NCBI GenBank assembly: GCA_035221665.1
Contig: CM069164.1
Coordinates: forward strand, 18,600,001 to 18,664,000
DNA length: 64,000 nt
Direction: 5' to 3'
Origin: Okamejei kenojei
Lineage: Eukaryota
Every line of letters begins with the position of its first letter. Position 1 is the stretch's first letter. Made by a program: the position numbers and the translations under genes. Shown here piece after piece: positions 37,126 to 53,190 of this stretch. The notes beneath the pieces were generated by a model, which saw only the letters and a program-made list of their open reading frames with translations, made no database searches and was not told the origin of the DNA.

Positions 37126-38864
37126 CTGAAAAAAACACCATAAGTTACATAAGAAATAAGTTTAATGAATGAACAACTCAAAGTAGAGGCAATGCTTTTC
37201 CTTGCACACATTAAATGGTCAACAATTTTCAATGTTTTTTTTATATAGCTATGATGAAGATATATCCAACCAATGCATTCAAGCGTAAAAATATTTTACT
37301 TCCTTCACAACTAGTTTCAAAATTAAAGCACTGTTAATTATTGAAAATGTCTAAAGAAAATCATGTGCACTAAAAGCATTCACTATTAGTAGTTTTCCTG
37401 ATCATGATGCAATGAAAATAAAACATTCAAATTGACATTGATCTATACAACTTTGGGGTAGAACTGCATTGTCTATATCTCAACTATTGCAGTAACATTA
37501 GAAAACGGTAATACTCTGGTCATCTGATTAGTGTCCAGATGCCAAAACCCATTTATTGGAGATACAATTTTGAATCTGAACACAGTATCTCAGGAATTTA
37601 AGTTCAAGTAATTAAATAAATGTGAAACGAAAAAACTACTATCTGTAACAATGACCATTAAGAGTGTGGTCACACACAGATTTCAGTTTCAACAAGAGTG
37701 AGGAATTTGGCAAGCTTGGGATTTTGGGTGCAAGGAATTTTGCATTAGCTGCAGGCAGGAGGCAGTTAAATGTTGGCCAATGCATACTGAAAGATGGGGC
37801 CTCTTGTTTAAAGCACACAAAAGATAAAAAGTGGATAAAAGTTGAAAAAAAATAGATGAACTAATTTGTTATGCAAAATCTATGCTGTAAACTGATACCT
37901 AAACTATGAGATTATATAGCACGGTTTGATAGGAATGCCAGGTAAGATAATGCGTTGCAACAATGACATATGGATGGTTATAAAGAACAGTAAATCCTTT
38001 GCATCTCATTGACAGTTAAGTGCCAGGATCTTGAAAACATTTGGCTCAGATTTGTTCAGCTCAAGTCAGAATTGCAGACCGTATAACGCATTAACGGAGG
38101 AAAAATAGATCACTTGGAAATTTTACTCCAGGAGACAATCACCCACTGTACGTTCAGCAGATCTTGGATTTTGGAACTTGTCAGAATTAGGAGGATGTCA
38201 CCATGAGTCCAACACGTATGGACCCTGAAGATTGCTTTGAAGGAGCGTTAACCCCCTAGCATTTTCCCAACCGGTACAAACTTATTTCGGCCTTTGTCGA
38301 GGAGACTGGGACTGCAGGAAAGATGAACAAACTGAAGATGAACAAACTGAAGGTATGAAGAAGGGTTTCAGCCCGAAACGTTGCCCATCTCCTTCGCTCC
38401 ATAGATGCTGCTGCACCCACTGATTTTCTCCAGCATTTTGTGCACCCACGAACAAACTGGCCACCACAATGTGATTCTTGGGTTCTATTGGGCAAGTAAA
38501 AGGGGCATAGCAATAATGGCCTACTGAGGGAAATATATTTTTCCCTGCAGCCCAGATTGATCATCTGTTCATTGTCCAATGTAGAGATTAAGCACATTAT
38601 TTGGGATCAGAAAAAAAAGTATACGAGGAAGTAGAGGATCCAGTTATCACAGCTGTGGAAAAATCACTGTGAGAGATAGGGCTAAATAATAGAATTTACT
38701 GAAGAACATGGGGTCTAAATACAAAAAACTAAACTACATAAACCATATGCAAGTTAGACTTGGGTCAAACAGATTCAAGTGTTGAATGCTTGGCTCAGTG
38801 CAGGAAAGAGAGATTAAATTAACAGGACAATGAGTAGATTACCAGAAATGATTTGGTTAAACTA

Positions 38865-39297
38865 TGATATGCGTTTGTCGGCACTAGGCCTGTACTCGCT
38901 GGAGTTTACAAAAATGAGGGGGGGGGGCTCATTGAAACATACAGAATAGTGAAAGGCTTGGATAGAGTGAATGTGGAGAGGATGTTTCCACTAGTGGGAG
39001 AGTCTAGGACTAGAGATCATAGCTTCAGAATTAAAGGGCGTTCTTTTAGGAAGGAAATGCGGAGAAATGTCTTCAGTCAGAGGGTGGTAAATCTGTGGAA
39101 TTCATTGCCACAGATGGCTGTGGAGGCCAAGTCTGGATATTTTTACGGCAGCGATAGTTAGATTCTTGATTAGTACAAGTTATGGGGAGAAGGCAAGAGA
39201 ATGGGGTTAAGAGGGGAAGATAGATCAGCCATGATTGAATGGCGGAATAGACAGGCCTAATATAATGGCCTAATTCTACTCCTATCACTTATGACCA
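38865..39297 (+). mobile_element. CR1/HER1-like LINE 3' end
   Basis: KGLDRVNVERMFPLVGESRTRDHSFRIKG..FSQRVVNLWNSLPQ. Confidence 0.85.
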
Positions 39298-40733
39298 TAT
39301 GGTCAAATCTAGGAAGGAGGGCAGTGTTTCTTTTAGATTGGCTTCAGTGAATCATGCTGAGAAAAGTTCCCTGGAAAAGTAAGTAACTAGGATGGTTAGG
39401 GTTAAAGATGAATAACGAGGTGGAAGTTGGGGAGTGGATGGTGTTAATTGAATTAGTTAAAGAAAAAGGACAAGTTGATACAAATAATGATAAGCAGTGC
39501 AGCAGGAGAGAGAATACAGACAAAAAATAGGGTCAAACATGCAGCACAAAAAGTGCTAAATGTGACGCTAAATATAAAGCTTCAGTAGTTAATTTTAAAA
39601 AAATCATTATATCTTGAAGCCAAAGGTTTGCAATCTCAACGCACGTCTGATGAACTCAGTGCAGAGAGACATAAATGGGCACAATTTCATTAGTGATGTA
39701 GAGGCAAGATGATCAAAGTTGTGATATAAATAAAAACAGAAAGTGGTGGAAATACTTTTCTACATGTATTTTTTGCCAGCATTTTCTGCTTTAATTTCAG
39801 AATTCCAGCATCTGCAATTTTTATTCATTTTCTCTTGCTGGGAATTGACTATACTTGGGTATTTGGCATTTCAGAAAGAGGAGTAAAATTAATGTTGATG
39901 TAAAATGTAAAATGAAAGCCCTCAAAAATCAGCAAATAGAGCCAGCCTGGCCCAGGATTAGAAATAATGAAATGAGTGTGTCTCCACATAATGACTATAT
40001 TGTTGTACATGGTATTGATCATAAAATAAAGGGGGCTTGTGACAAAGGCACGGTAAGGCAGTGAACAAAATCATGGGCAACTTGAATTTCATATTGATTG
40101 GGCAAATTAACCTCATAAAGGCAGTCTCATGGATAAATTCATAGAATGCATGCTGAACCATTTCAGAGGGCAGCTCCTTGTGAACCAGGCATAAGACAGG
40201 TTAAATTGGTGTTCTCATGGCAAGAATTCTTTGAAAGAAGTGATCATAGCATGATGGACTTTCACATCTAGTTTGGAGTGGCAAACTCGTGTGAGAATAG
40301 GATCCTAAACCAAAATAAAGGCAATTATTTAGAAATGAAGAGAGAATGGATATGGATTGGGAAATTGCATTAAAGATGTGTTTCAGTAGCAGAGTTTTTT
40401 TTTTTTATAGATGCTTGACCTTTGGAAAAATACATACTACTGACAAGTAACAACACTGGGAAAAGTGGCCAAGTAAATAATAGTATCAGACCATGCATCG
40501 CCAAATCAGCACTAGAAATGTTAACTGAACCATTACCCTGAAACTGGATCTGCAGCACTGAAGCAATTAAACCACCCAATACCACGTACCTACGTTATGT
40601 GACTTTACAATTGAAAGATGTCATTTTATTCATTAGATTTTTAAATCCTGCCACCTCCCCTCCCTCCACGTCACTCTCTCCAACAGTCTTCACTTTGATT
40701 GTCAATCTTAACACTGAATCACAAATAACCTAC

Positions 40734-41038
40734 CTGGATAGGGCTGGGAACAGTTGCCACTACTATGCCAATTGTGGGTTGTGGAGAAAGCAAAGCAGGG
40801 CTTCCATTGGGAATGTTAGTTACTCCTCCAACAGTGGGGCCCTCTATCTTCTTCCCTTGTTGCTCGCCTGGAAGTGGAGATTGAAGTTTCTGTTCTTGTT
40901 GTTTCTTCAGTGTATTTTGTTGAATTTTGCGCTGTAATTGTTGTTTGGCATCTATTGATGGGGAAAGCAAAGTCTTCACCTGGGGCTGAAAAGAGTTGCT
41001 TTCAGCCATGGGCACAAACGCAGAAGGTTGCTTCCCTC
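40734..41038 (-). CDS. RFX7: RFX7 coding exon (305 nt)
   Basis: TTTGTTGCAG|GA GGG AAG.. encodes [39 protein letters not shown], then |GTAGGT. Phases 1 and 0 fit the neighbouring exons. Confidence 0.95.
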
Positions 41039-42479
41039 CTGCAACAAAGGAAATTATAAACTGTGAACACACAAAACTATGAACACTCGATAAGGCAGCA
41101 TCAAATTCATGAGGATATTTAGCTCCAAAACATGCAGCTTCTGATTTTGTTAGCTGCTTATTACTATATTTTTCATGAGAGCCATTTCGCCACCCGTGCT
41201 TTCAGTACATTTTTTGGTTGTCTGATAAAAATGGAAACATGATATAATTATTGTTGAAAACAACTATTCTGTTTCCATAATGCTCCCGTATTTCTTTGAG
41301 AACATTAAACTTTTGTGCATTTCCAATCGTTTCTGCAACTCAGTTGAAACACCAACTACCTAGAGAAAGACATTATTCTAGTCATTTTTATAAGCAATTA
41401 GTCACAAAATAAAAGCATAAGATTTTGATAGTTAATATTTCATAATTCATCCAGGAACCTGGGCACAACTATTTTTGCCTTTTGCAGTTGCTAGTTATTT
41501 CTTACATATGATATTAAATGCAAATATTTGGTTCTTCAGGTTATTTTTTTACAACATAATAAATAATAACTTGTCTGTTGCTGACAATATCAGTGCGAGC
41601 AATGTAGAACTGTCCAGCTTTTACAGCACATGTCAACATCAAACATATCAAGATACTGTATAGTCCCTAGGCAGCATGCTTACCTGTATGGGTTTAACAA
41701 TGCAACGTAATCAATAGAATCTAATTATCCCTTTCTCATTGCAGAATCTTGCCAACAATTTTGTTTTTTAATTGACAAGACAAAATACAATGAAAAACCA
41801 TAAAACCTTTGTCAAGTCCTCTTCATTTCCCCCCTGTAACCCATTCTCATATGTAACCCATGCTCATCAACTTCCCAATACTTCTATCGCCCAGTCATAT
41901 AGTAGTCAATTCACCTGACAGTCAGCATGTCTTTAGGATGTCGGAACAAATTGAGCACCCAAGGGAGAAGCACACATGGGCACAGGGAGAGCATGAAAAC
42001 TCCACACCCATGTCTCTGGATAACTGCATTCATACAAGTTTTAAATTATCAGTAAGTATTATTTTTACTGATAGTTGTTGGAATTTGATAGTTTATTGAA
42101 ATGGCTTTCTTTTAATATATCCGAGTATATCATTTTTGAATGATGTGTTATACTGCATATTCATAATGAATTGTAATGTACAGGGAAGGATAAATGGGTT
42201 GGATAGGTTTAGAGGGATATTGGCCAAATGCAGGCTAATGGGACAAGCTTCATGTGGGTAAATTGCAAAAAGAAAATAGAAGGGAAGTTGATGGGCATGT
42301 GTATTAAATTGCTGGGGTTCAGAGAAACAAAGAACAGGAATTAGTTTGATAACTTTACTCAGTGCAAGATCTAGTGTGGATCTGACAAACCAATTTGCCT
42401 TCAACTATGTTTAAACTAAGTACGATCAGTTGCACACACAAATCCTTCACTGAACAGAAAATCTGCCATCCGATGCCTC

Positions 42480-43590
42480 TCCCCTTTCTTGATCTCTTTG
42501 TCTCCATCATGGGGGAACAGGCTATTGACTGAAGTTGACTACAAACCCACTGACTCCCAGTTATCTGGAATACACCTCCTCCACCCTGCCTCTTGCAAAG
42601 ACGGTATCCCCAACTTAGTTTCTCCATCGCATCGGCTCCCAAGATGAGCTTTTCCATTGTTGGACATCCAAAATACTCTCTCTCTAGTAATCATGCTTCC
42701 CCCTCTCCCCCTCATAAATGGAACCCGCACCTCCTATGTGTCCCAGTGAGCCCTTCTCTCACACCTCCCCGCAGACAGAACAATGTTCTCCAGGCCCTCA
42801 CCTTTCACCCCCAGCAGCCTTCGCATCCAACACATCATTTCCACAACTTTCAATGTGACCCCACCACCAGTCATATCTTCCATTCGTTCCTTTCTGCTTT
42901 CCACAGAGACCACTCCCTCTGCAACTCCTTAGTTCATTCATCCTTTCCCACCCAAACAACCCCTTCCCCCATGTACTATCCCCTGAAACCAAAGGTAAAC
43001 ACCAGTCCATATACCTCCTCCCTCACATACGTCCAGGGTCTCCAGCAGTCCTTGCAGATGAAACAGAGGTTCACGTACACCTCCTCTAACGTCAACTACT
43101 GTATTCTTTTACATTGGCGAGACCTAGCATAGATTTGGCGACAGTTTCACCCAACACCTGCGTTGGGTCCAGCAAAGCCGACTGGATATCCCGGTTGCTA
43201 ACCATTTTAAATCCCCTTACTGATCTTTCTGTTGAGGGCCTCCTCCATTGCCAGAGTGGGGCCACACCCCTTGCCCCTCCCCTTCCACCTATATTCCTTC
43301 CTCTGGCTTCACGAATTACAACTCTTCTAACCGTAACTCTCACTTTTCTGGCTTTCTGAACATCTGCCTATCAAAACTAATCTCACCTGTATCCACCTAT
43401 CACCCGACAGCTGGCATTGTCCTGCCCCTCCTGTCTTTCAGCTTTCTTCCCCACCACCACAATCTGTCTGGAGAAGGGTCCCAACCCCAAATGTCACCTA
43501 TCCATGTTCTCCAGAGTTGCTACCTGACCTGTTGAGTTACTCCAATACTCTGTGTCTTTTTTTGTAAACCAGCAACTGCAGTTCATTGTG
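42480..43590 (+). mobile_element. Decayed Penelope-like retroelement (RT C-terminus, GIY-YIG, pLTR)
   Basis: Frameshifted YKPTDS..SSHP.SCK..IP motif (~42540), FTYTSSNVNYCI (~43070), PVANHF, then a pLTR with a degenerate hammerhead motif. Confidence 0.7.
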
Positions 43591-43803
43591 ACGACATAAA
43601 AGTTGCAACATCATGCACATATCAGGACAGGGAAGGAGCAACTCCCCTCACGTAACCACAGTATGTACTTGAACCTCATAACCAATAATGCAAGCAATAC
43701 TGTACTTGGCAACTTTACCATCATAAAATGTTGTATATTAAGCAGTAGCAAAGTAGTCCTAAAATATTTAATGGGGAGATAGTCCACACACTCAATCGCT
43801 CAC

Positions 43804-44011
43804 CTGAAGGATCACCGGTCATCATGGACAACACAGCAACGGATTTAGTGACAATATAGTGACTGGTTACAAGGAAGCGTGCGAGATCGACCACCGAATC
43901 AAACTTGCGAATTAATACCTTCTGGGCCCACTCACACACTAGACTGCAAGCCGCAGATCTGACCTCTTCATCAATACTCTGCAAGTGCCCTGCACAGTCT
44001 GATCCTTCAGA
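43804..44011 (-). CDS. RFX7: RFX7 coding exon (208 nt)
   Basis: TTTTTTTAG|TCT GAA.. encodes [48 protein letters not shown], then |GTGAGC. Confidence 0.95.
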
Positions 44012-46150
44012 CTAAAAAAACAAGATAATCAAAAATTAGTCTCTAATTATTAACAGAGGAAAATAAAACACTCACTCCAAAAATAAGGAATATCTCTGCG
44101 TGACAATCTCATCTTTCAATCACAAAAACCATTTGCGGTTTCAATAAGAGAAATTCAACTACTTATGCAACTTAAAATAAAAATAACATTGAGATCAAAA
44201 TTGGAGCAGCAACACAAATAATTAAATGCAAACAGATCAATTTATGAACATGCATTCTTTTTAAAAGGGCAACTTACATTTGACTGGGACAGATATACCC
44301 AATTCTAGATGTTATATTACACAGACCACAGAAGTTTGCTGCACAAAATACTGAGGAGGGTACATTTACCTTAATACATAAACAAGCAAATGATAACTCA
44401 CTAATTTCTTTGAGTACACATACTTCCAAGTTCAATCACTAGGTTTTCAGATTTTCTTAGAAATGCAAGCAGGAAAATACCAGCCAACTGGCAGGTAGTT
44501 AACCGAGCAATCTCACGTCAGCTCTAAAATCTCTTAGGAAATTAAAGAATGATAGTAAAGGACAAGTTGGGACAAGAAATAACAAAAAGGTAACCCAGCT
44601 GTTAATCTGACTCAAATTGACATTAAGTGCAAAGTCTGTCTTACTCATTCCCTAAACAAATGACAGACAGTATATCAATCTAGATTTAAGATAAATAGCA
44701 TAGAAGGGTTGGAAATAATTTCATATTTTGAAATGCTTTGAAACAGGAATTTGGGGGGGGGGGGGGGGGGGGGGGAGAATAATTGTTTATATTACAAAGG
44801 ACTGTCACCATCAGGCTCCCAAGGAAATGATAACAGAAGGGGAGAAAAGTAGTCATGCCTGGCCACTAAACAAGCTACTGGATGTTTGAGCTTATATGTC
44901 AAGAAGTACATTCCAAGTCCAGATATGGACCTCATTCCAAAACACGTCATAACTCAAAGATTTCTTTAATAATAGTGTTGTCCGATTGGCTCAACATAAT
45001 GTGCCAAGGTCAAATACTGCCTTTTATTATTGTGCAGGAAACTTTAAGCACGTACATTCCCTGAATATTTGCTGTCTGCACTGTGAAATTGGTTGCAACT
45101 GGTGTTTAACTGTCACATGTACTTACAATGGAACAATGAAATTGTTACTTGCAACAGTATAACATGTCTGTAATCACAGTAGTCATAGGTTACACAATAA
45201 ACAATGAAAGTTCAATAAATTAAAAAAATAATTTCGGTGCCAATTAAAACTGCAATGCCAGTTTGTAGTTTAGTTGGTGTTCATTGTGTTCAAGAGACTG
45301 ATGGTTGTTGGGACGAAGGTGGTCCTGAACCTGGAGGTCAAAGTTCTCAGACATTTCACTCCTGCCATCTGAAAGATGCCTCAGTAAAGCAGCTAGTATC
45401 ATCAAGGGCATTTCCCACCCTGGCCATGCTCTCATTTCAGTCAGGAGTGAAATGAGAGCATGGCCACAGTGGGGAGGGCCCTTGATGATGCTTGCTGCCT
45501 TTCCGAGGCACTGCCTTGTACAGATCCCATCCATGGTGGAGAGGTCAGCACCCACAAAGAACCAGGTGAGGTCCACTACATTTAGTCATCTTCTTACTTT
45601 CCTGGACATTCAAGTTGCTGAGCCAGGCCATGCTGCCAGTCAATATGCTCTGTTTCAAGACAATTACCTCTGCTGGATTCTTCCACAGGATCTTGCGCCT
45701 TCAATCAAATTCTTTCTCACTCATCTATATTTTTTCGGATAAATGCCCTTCTTATCCAACCTTACCTTATAGTTCAACCTATTTGTTCCAGGAATTAGTC
45801 CAGTAAATCTGCTCTGAATTGTTTCAATGCATTTACACCTGTCTCTCATTAAGGAGTTCCATATTGTACATGGTCCTACAGATGTGACTTTACCAAAAAC
45901 CGATATAACTTAAGAAATATTTCCTTATTTTGTATTAAATTATACTGGCAATAAACTATAATATTGTTTGCTTCCTGTACCAGCATACCAGCTGTGTGCA
46001 AATCACACTATAGGACAGCCAAATCCCTTGGCAATCAAAGCTATGCAAACTCACACTATTTACAGTGTATGCTCCTTCATTATAGAAGTGCAATTATTTA
46101 TTCTTGGTAATGGAATATTTATGTGCTTGGATGAACATGTCAGGGTTTAA

Positions 46151-46947
46151 AGGTAGACAAAAATGGTGGAGAAACTCAGCGTGTCAGGCAGCATCTATGG
46201 AGCGAAGGAATAGGCGACGTTTCGTGTCGAGACCCTTCTTCAGACTGATGAGGGGCGGGTGGGAAAAAGAAAGTAAGAGGCAGAGACAGAAGGCTGTGTG
46301 AGAGCTGGGAAGGGGAGGGGAAGGAAGGAGAAAGCAAGGACTGCCTGAAATTGGAGAAGTCAATGTTCATACCGCTGGGATGTAAACTACCCAAGCAAAA
46401 TATGAGATGCAGCTCCTCCAATTTGTAGTGGGGCTCACTCTGGCCATGGAGGAGGCCCAGGATAGAAAGGTCGGATTCGGAATGGGAGGGGGAGTTGAAG
46501 TGCTGAGCCACCGGGAGATCAGGTTGGTTATTGCGAACTGAGCGGAGGTGTGGGGCAAAGCGATCGCCAAGCCTGCGCTTGGTCTCTCTGATGTAGAGCA
46601 GTTGTCACCTGGAACAGCTGATGCCATAGATGAGGTTGGAGGAAGTTCACTCCAGCGGTGAACTTCTGCCTCACTTGAAAAAGACTGCTCGGGTCCTTGG
46701 ATGGAGTCGAGGGGGGCGGTAAAGCGACAAGTGTAGCATTTCCTGCGGTTGCAATGCTACACTTGTCGCTTGGAGATCGCTTCACCCAACACCTCTGCTC
46801 AGTTCGTAATAACCAACCTGATCTCCCAGTGGCTCAGCACCAACTCCCCCTCCCATTCCGAATCCGACCTTTCTGTCCTGGGCCTCCTCCATGGCCAGCA
46901 TTTATGTCTACCTTCGATCTTTCCAGCATCTGCAGTTCTTTCTTAAG
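46151..46947 (-). mobile_element. Penelope-like element 3' part with an inverted segment
   Basis: ORF 46176-46511 (VAQHFNSPSHSESDLSILGLLH..KLEELHLIFCLGSLHPSGMNIDF) is a GIY-YIG C-terminus. Hammerhead motif at ~46213-46247; 15-bp TSD CATGTCAGGGTTTAA (46136-46150 / 46948-46962). Confidence 0.85.
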
Positions 46948-48620
46948 CATGTCAGGGTTTAACATTGTTTATCAACAATCTCAGACAATCTTTGACTACC
47001 TATCAAAGGGAGGGATGAAGCTGGTAAGCCATGAAACAAAGTGGACATATTCAAAGCAATGCTTTAACTCTTCAGAATATTTACGGAAAAAAAATTCTCC
47101 TCATATAATAAATGTGTAATTTAAAAAAGAGGTTGAAAGGCAGTGAAGAGAAATATACAAATGGACCATGTTAATGTGTTTTCAGATGGCATCAGCAAGC
47201 TATCATTTCAAATGGAAGTGTAAAGTGGGCAAATATAAATTTGTGGGAGGCTCAAGGTGTATGAACAGAAAGAGCTATTACAGATTGACTTTCAAAGGCA
47301 AAATTGGACCGAGGCAAGAGCAATCCCACGCAACCAAAGAACAGAAATGAGTTCAGAAAAGCATGGCAACGTCAAGTGTTTTGCATCCAAAATTTAGTTG
47401 AGCAGGACTTTTGGTCCCCCATAATCAATGCATAAAACAGGATTCAATATGGGTTGGCCATTGATGAGACTTTCCCCTATTTAGAAAAGCCTAATCACTA
47501 AGCCTATCAATGCAAAGCTTTGAGATACCACCCATGACTGTGGCACCAGGGACCAAAGACACGTCTGTGCCAGATCATACATTGATACAATGAATGCTAA
47601 CATGGATTTGAAAAGACAAATACATGATTCAATGGAAGTCAATTTGGCAAACAAACATGTTTCTTCTGAGATGTCCCATTGTGATGGCTTTGACAGATCA
47701 AGAATCCAAAAATTAAAGCAGTCGTCCTTGAAGGTCATGGTAAGCACCTTCTCTCTAATTTATGCATGTTCACAAGCTACAAAGATATATCTAATGTGTT
47801 ACCTTATAACTTGAAATCAGGGTAAGATTAACTGAAATGGAAAAAATGCTTTCTGGTAACCATTTTCAAAGCTGTGACCAAGTGCATGTTAAATAAAAGT
47901 GCATGTTAAATAAAAGTCTGCAAAGCATATAAAAATCTAGGAAGCAGAGATGGGATTGTCCTTTCCCCCCACCTCCCCAGGATGGAAATATCAAATACTA
48001 GAGGGAGGAAAGGGAACGTTTAAAGAGATTTACAAGGCAAAGTTTATTTACACACAAAATGGGAAGTGCCTGGAATGCCCTGCTGAGGAGATGGTCGAAG
48101 CAGATACATAAAAGTGTTTAAGAGGCATTTTAAAAGGTACATGGTCAGACAATGGAAGGATATAGACCATGTATAGACAGATGTACAGTTTAAATTGGCA
48201 TTAAAAGCATAAACATCCTGGACTGAAGGGCACATTCCAGCACTCTTCTTTGTATAATGAAGTATTCACTATACTAACAACAGTAAGACCACTAAAAAGT
48301 ATAAGTTACTGGAATACCTGAGCACACAGATGTATTATAAGTGATTAAGCATCTTAATCTAATAGTTAAGAATATTCTGCAGCTGTATGAAAGCAGTTTA
48401 GAATGGTTAACATGAGTGCGGGACTTAACATTGGACTGAAGAACAAATTCTCCAGATTTGTCTGCAAATTCAATAGTGGGTGAGGTATTTGCTATTGGTG
48501 GATATAAAGATAGGACTGCCACTTTCAGCTAAAACAGTGGAAGATGACAGTTGCACACAATATTCTTTCCAATAGTGAAGGAAAACATATTGTTGTAGTA
48601 TAGTATAGTAGGATACTTAC

Positions 48621-48705
48621 CCCTTCAGTGGTTTTGTGAAAATCCAGGCTTGGTAGTGACGGCATGTGAACAAAAGCTTTTTTCCTCAGACCACTATAGC
48701 AATAT
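48621..48705 (-). CDS. RFX7: RFX7 coding exon (85 nt; end of the RFX DNA-binding domain)
   Basis: ..GAAAC|A TAT TGC.. encodes [28 protein letters not shown], then |GTAAGT. Confidence 0.95.
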
Positions 48706-50185
<1,480 letters not shown>

Positions 50186-52705
50186 TTAGGTCCGGGAGTA
50201 ATTTTAGATCAGAGGCCTGCATTCTCACTTCTTCAGATATTAAACACTTCTTCCCCCATCCACCGTTCAAAACTTACCATACCTTTGTCATGTGACGAAT
50301 CCACAGGAGATCAACAATAGAATCATGAATTGCCATTACCAATGTTTATCTTTTTTTAAAGGCTCACCCAAGCTGATAACTTGTTCTAATAAACCATATT
50401 CATTAGTCCATTTGTACCTGTGTTTGTAATGTACGTCGACTAAAATATTCCATCAGAAAGAACTTCAATTCACAGTTTGCAAGAATAACTAACCTATAAA
50501 TTGCCCCATTACATCAAAAGAAAAATGCAATTGTTTTTAATAGATTGTATTGTATTTAGGTAATCTTGGGAAAAGTCCACCATTATTAATGTGTAGCAGG
50601 CATTAAACCTAGTTCCGGAAATTCAACAGCAGGCTTCAGCTCCAATTGCAATGCATTAGATCTGACAAGTGAAATGTGCTGGTATTAGTTTCTGGAATTC
50701 TATAGGCAGAAATTTTTTAAATTATTATTTTTTAATTTGTACGAGAACATTCAAATTAAAAACAAAATATCTGCCTGCCCTGCTGGGTAATTTGTTTATT
50801 TGTTGTTTTTATTTTAATTGAAAAGGGCAAGTCTGGAAAATATCTAGCATTTTAATATGATGCATGGATTGAAGCTCTTTAACAATCGCTAACTGCAGAA
50901 ACTTTTAATTACTAATTGTTCGTTCATTTCATGTTTACTCGCCCATTGAAATTTAATACAGAACCCACCCACCACATGGTTCACCATGGGTAGGTTTAAA
51001 TAATTTGTAGACACAAAACGCTGGAGTAACTCAGCAAGTGAGGCAGCATCTATGGAGAGAAGGAAAGGGCAATGTTTCGGGTCAAGACTCTTCTTCAGAC
51101 ACTTTATCATTTGTTGCATTATGTCCATATTTCCCCCCAGATTACATTGTCCCCACCAAATGCAGAAACCACATTAAAACATGTTCTTTAAATTAAAAGC
51201 CAGTGATATTAAGAGTAAATTATTAATTGCATGAGCTTTTATGGAAATCATCAGTGCTTAGAAAATTACATCTGACAAATTTTCCTGCATAATAATGGGG
51301 AAATAGAAAAGTTACCCAATACGAAACATTGTGTAAATATTCCTTAAGGGTGGCCAAAACCATACTTAAAAAGTCTAAAAAAAAATTCAGTGATGGAATA
51401 AGATTCAACACAAATTTATACTAACACGATGTAATTTAAAGCTTAAATTTACCTGCTGTGCAACACAATATATATATTTTAAATTACAATGTTGTTAATT
51501 CACTATTTGAAGAAAAAAGGAAAATGGGGGGGGGGGGGGTAATTGTTCACTGGGTAAACAAATCACAATTCATAAAACTCATATTCATAAATAAAACACC
51601 TGACAAGACACACACTGCAAAGCAATGCATGTTTGATTGGTGCTGATGATCCACCGTTCACAGAAAATCCAATTTAAATGGTAGCTCTGCCAGTCAGTGA
51701 GATTTGGAACTGCTCCAATGCTCAGAAGTCTTGCTCTCATCAAGCCTTCTCCATTGAATTGGGAGCTGACCTCTCAAATGGTTTACTGGCCAGAGTAAGA
51801 ATCGTCTTTCCCATTACTCATGAATTGTTAAGCATTTGGACTAAATGCAGTGAACAATGTTTGAAAGTTGGTATTGACCACTATTAGGGTGTAATGATAT
51901 TACAAGAAATAACTTTTCCATGTACAATTAAACTTTCTAAAAAAAAGGATCCAATATCAATATTCTGCAACTCTTTTATGAGGCATCAGAAGTCAGAAAT
52001 AATAAAGTATATGAAATTTGCCAAAAACAGGACAAATTTGTAAAATATAACTAGTAAAGTCAGATACTGAGGTGCACACACAAGATATCAGCATATTAAA
52101 TCATCAACCCTAAATATTCATATTGTGGGAAATATCTACATGAATGTACCAAATTATAACTTTGTCAGACAATTTTGGTTAAATTAGTAATAAACTGCAA
52201 ATCTTTAAGATAGCTGTTGCAATATTGATAATAGATGAAAGGCAGAAATTGCTGAATAACATGACATAACTATTTATTATTCAAGATACTCCCTTTAAAT
52301 ACTTTTTTTTTAAACTGAATTTGAATTTCACCTCCATAACATCCCAAACAGCATTTACCTTATCTGACTGACACATGCATTCCGTGTTTATGTACAAGTT
52401 AAACACTGGGAGCAAACTAGCATCCTCAAATAAGCGAGTTTGGTATTACAACTGCGCATGCGTGAGTTTGCCCAGGCCATGGGTCATTTGGGACAAACAT
52501 TCTCGCCGGCTGGCTATGATTGATAATTGTTTTGACCTGCGTTTCTTATGTGTTTTCCAGTTTTGCTTCTTCGAGGTAAGAAAATGCTTTCAAAACTTTT
52601 AACTATGTGGATTTATGGTTCTTTTGTGCAATACGCTGATTTTGGTGGTTTTATATGCTTTTCCTTGGTCGCTTGCTGCCTCGCTTGAGTGAGTGAGATC
52701 GTGAC

Positions 52706-52980
52706 ATGAGAATTAAGGGACAGAAGTTTTGGGTTAACGTGAGGGGGAACTTCTTTACTCAGAGGGTGGTGGCTGTGTGGAATGAGCTTCCAGCAGAAGT
52801 GGTGGAGGCAGGATCGATTTTAACATTTAAGACTAAAGTGGATAGGTATAAGGACGTGAAGGGAATGGAGGGGTATGGTCTGAGTGCAGGTAGATGGGAC
52901 TAGGGGAAAACAAATGGTCGGCACGGACTGGAGGGCCAAGAGAGCCTGTTTCCGTGCTGTAATTGTTATATGGTTATATG
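52706..52980 (+). mobile_element. CR1/HER1-like LINE 3' end nested in the DNA transposon
   Basis: NFFTQRVVAVWNELPAEVVEAG..MEGYGLSAGRWD*, with a GTTATATG tail; GTGAC occurs on both sides. Confidence 0.85.
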
Positions 52981-53190
52981 GTGACGATGAATAACAACCA
53001 TTTTTTATTGTTTTTGTTTGGGGGGGGGGGGGGAGAATGAAATAAAATGTATGATTTCTATAACTATCAATAGATAATATGAAAAGTATTTGCGGGGTTT
53101 TCATCTCTTACTATACTAGTCCACGGTCACGGGCTGTATGCACATTTGTTGACTTCTGAATGAGTTCTGCATGTACATGTGTAAGTAAAG

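Noticed and set aside
44753-44775. Poly-G and poly-C runs (also ~14956, 15006, 51526, 53020, 56424) as G-quadruplex elements
   Set aside because: Simple homopolymers of uncertain assembled length, with no supporting context.
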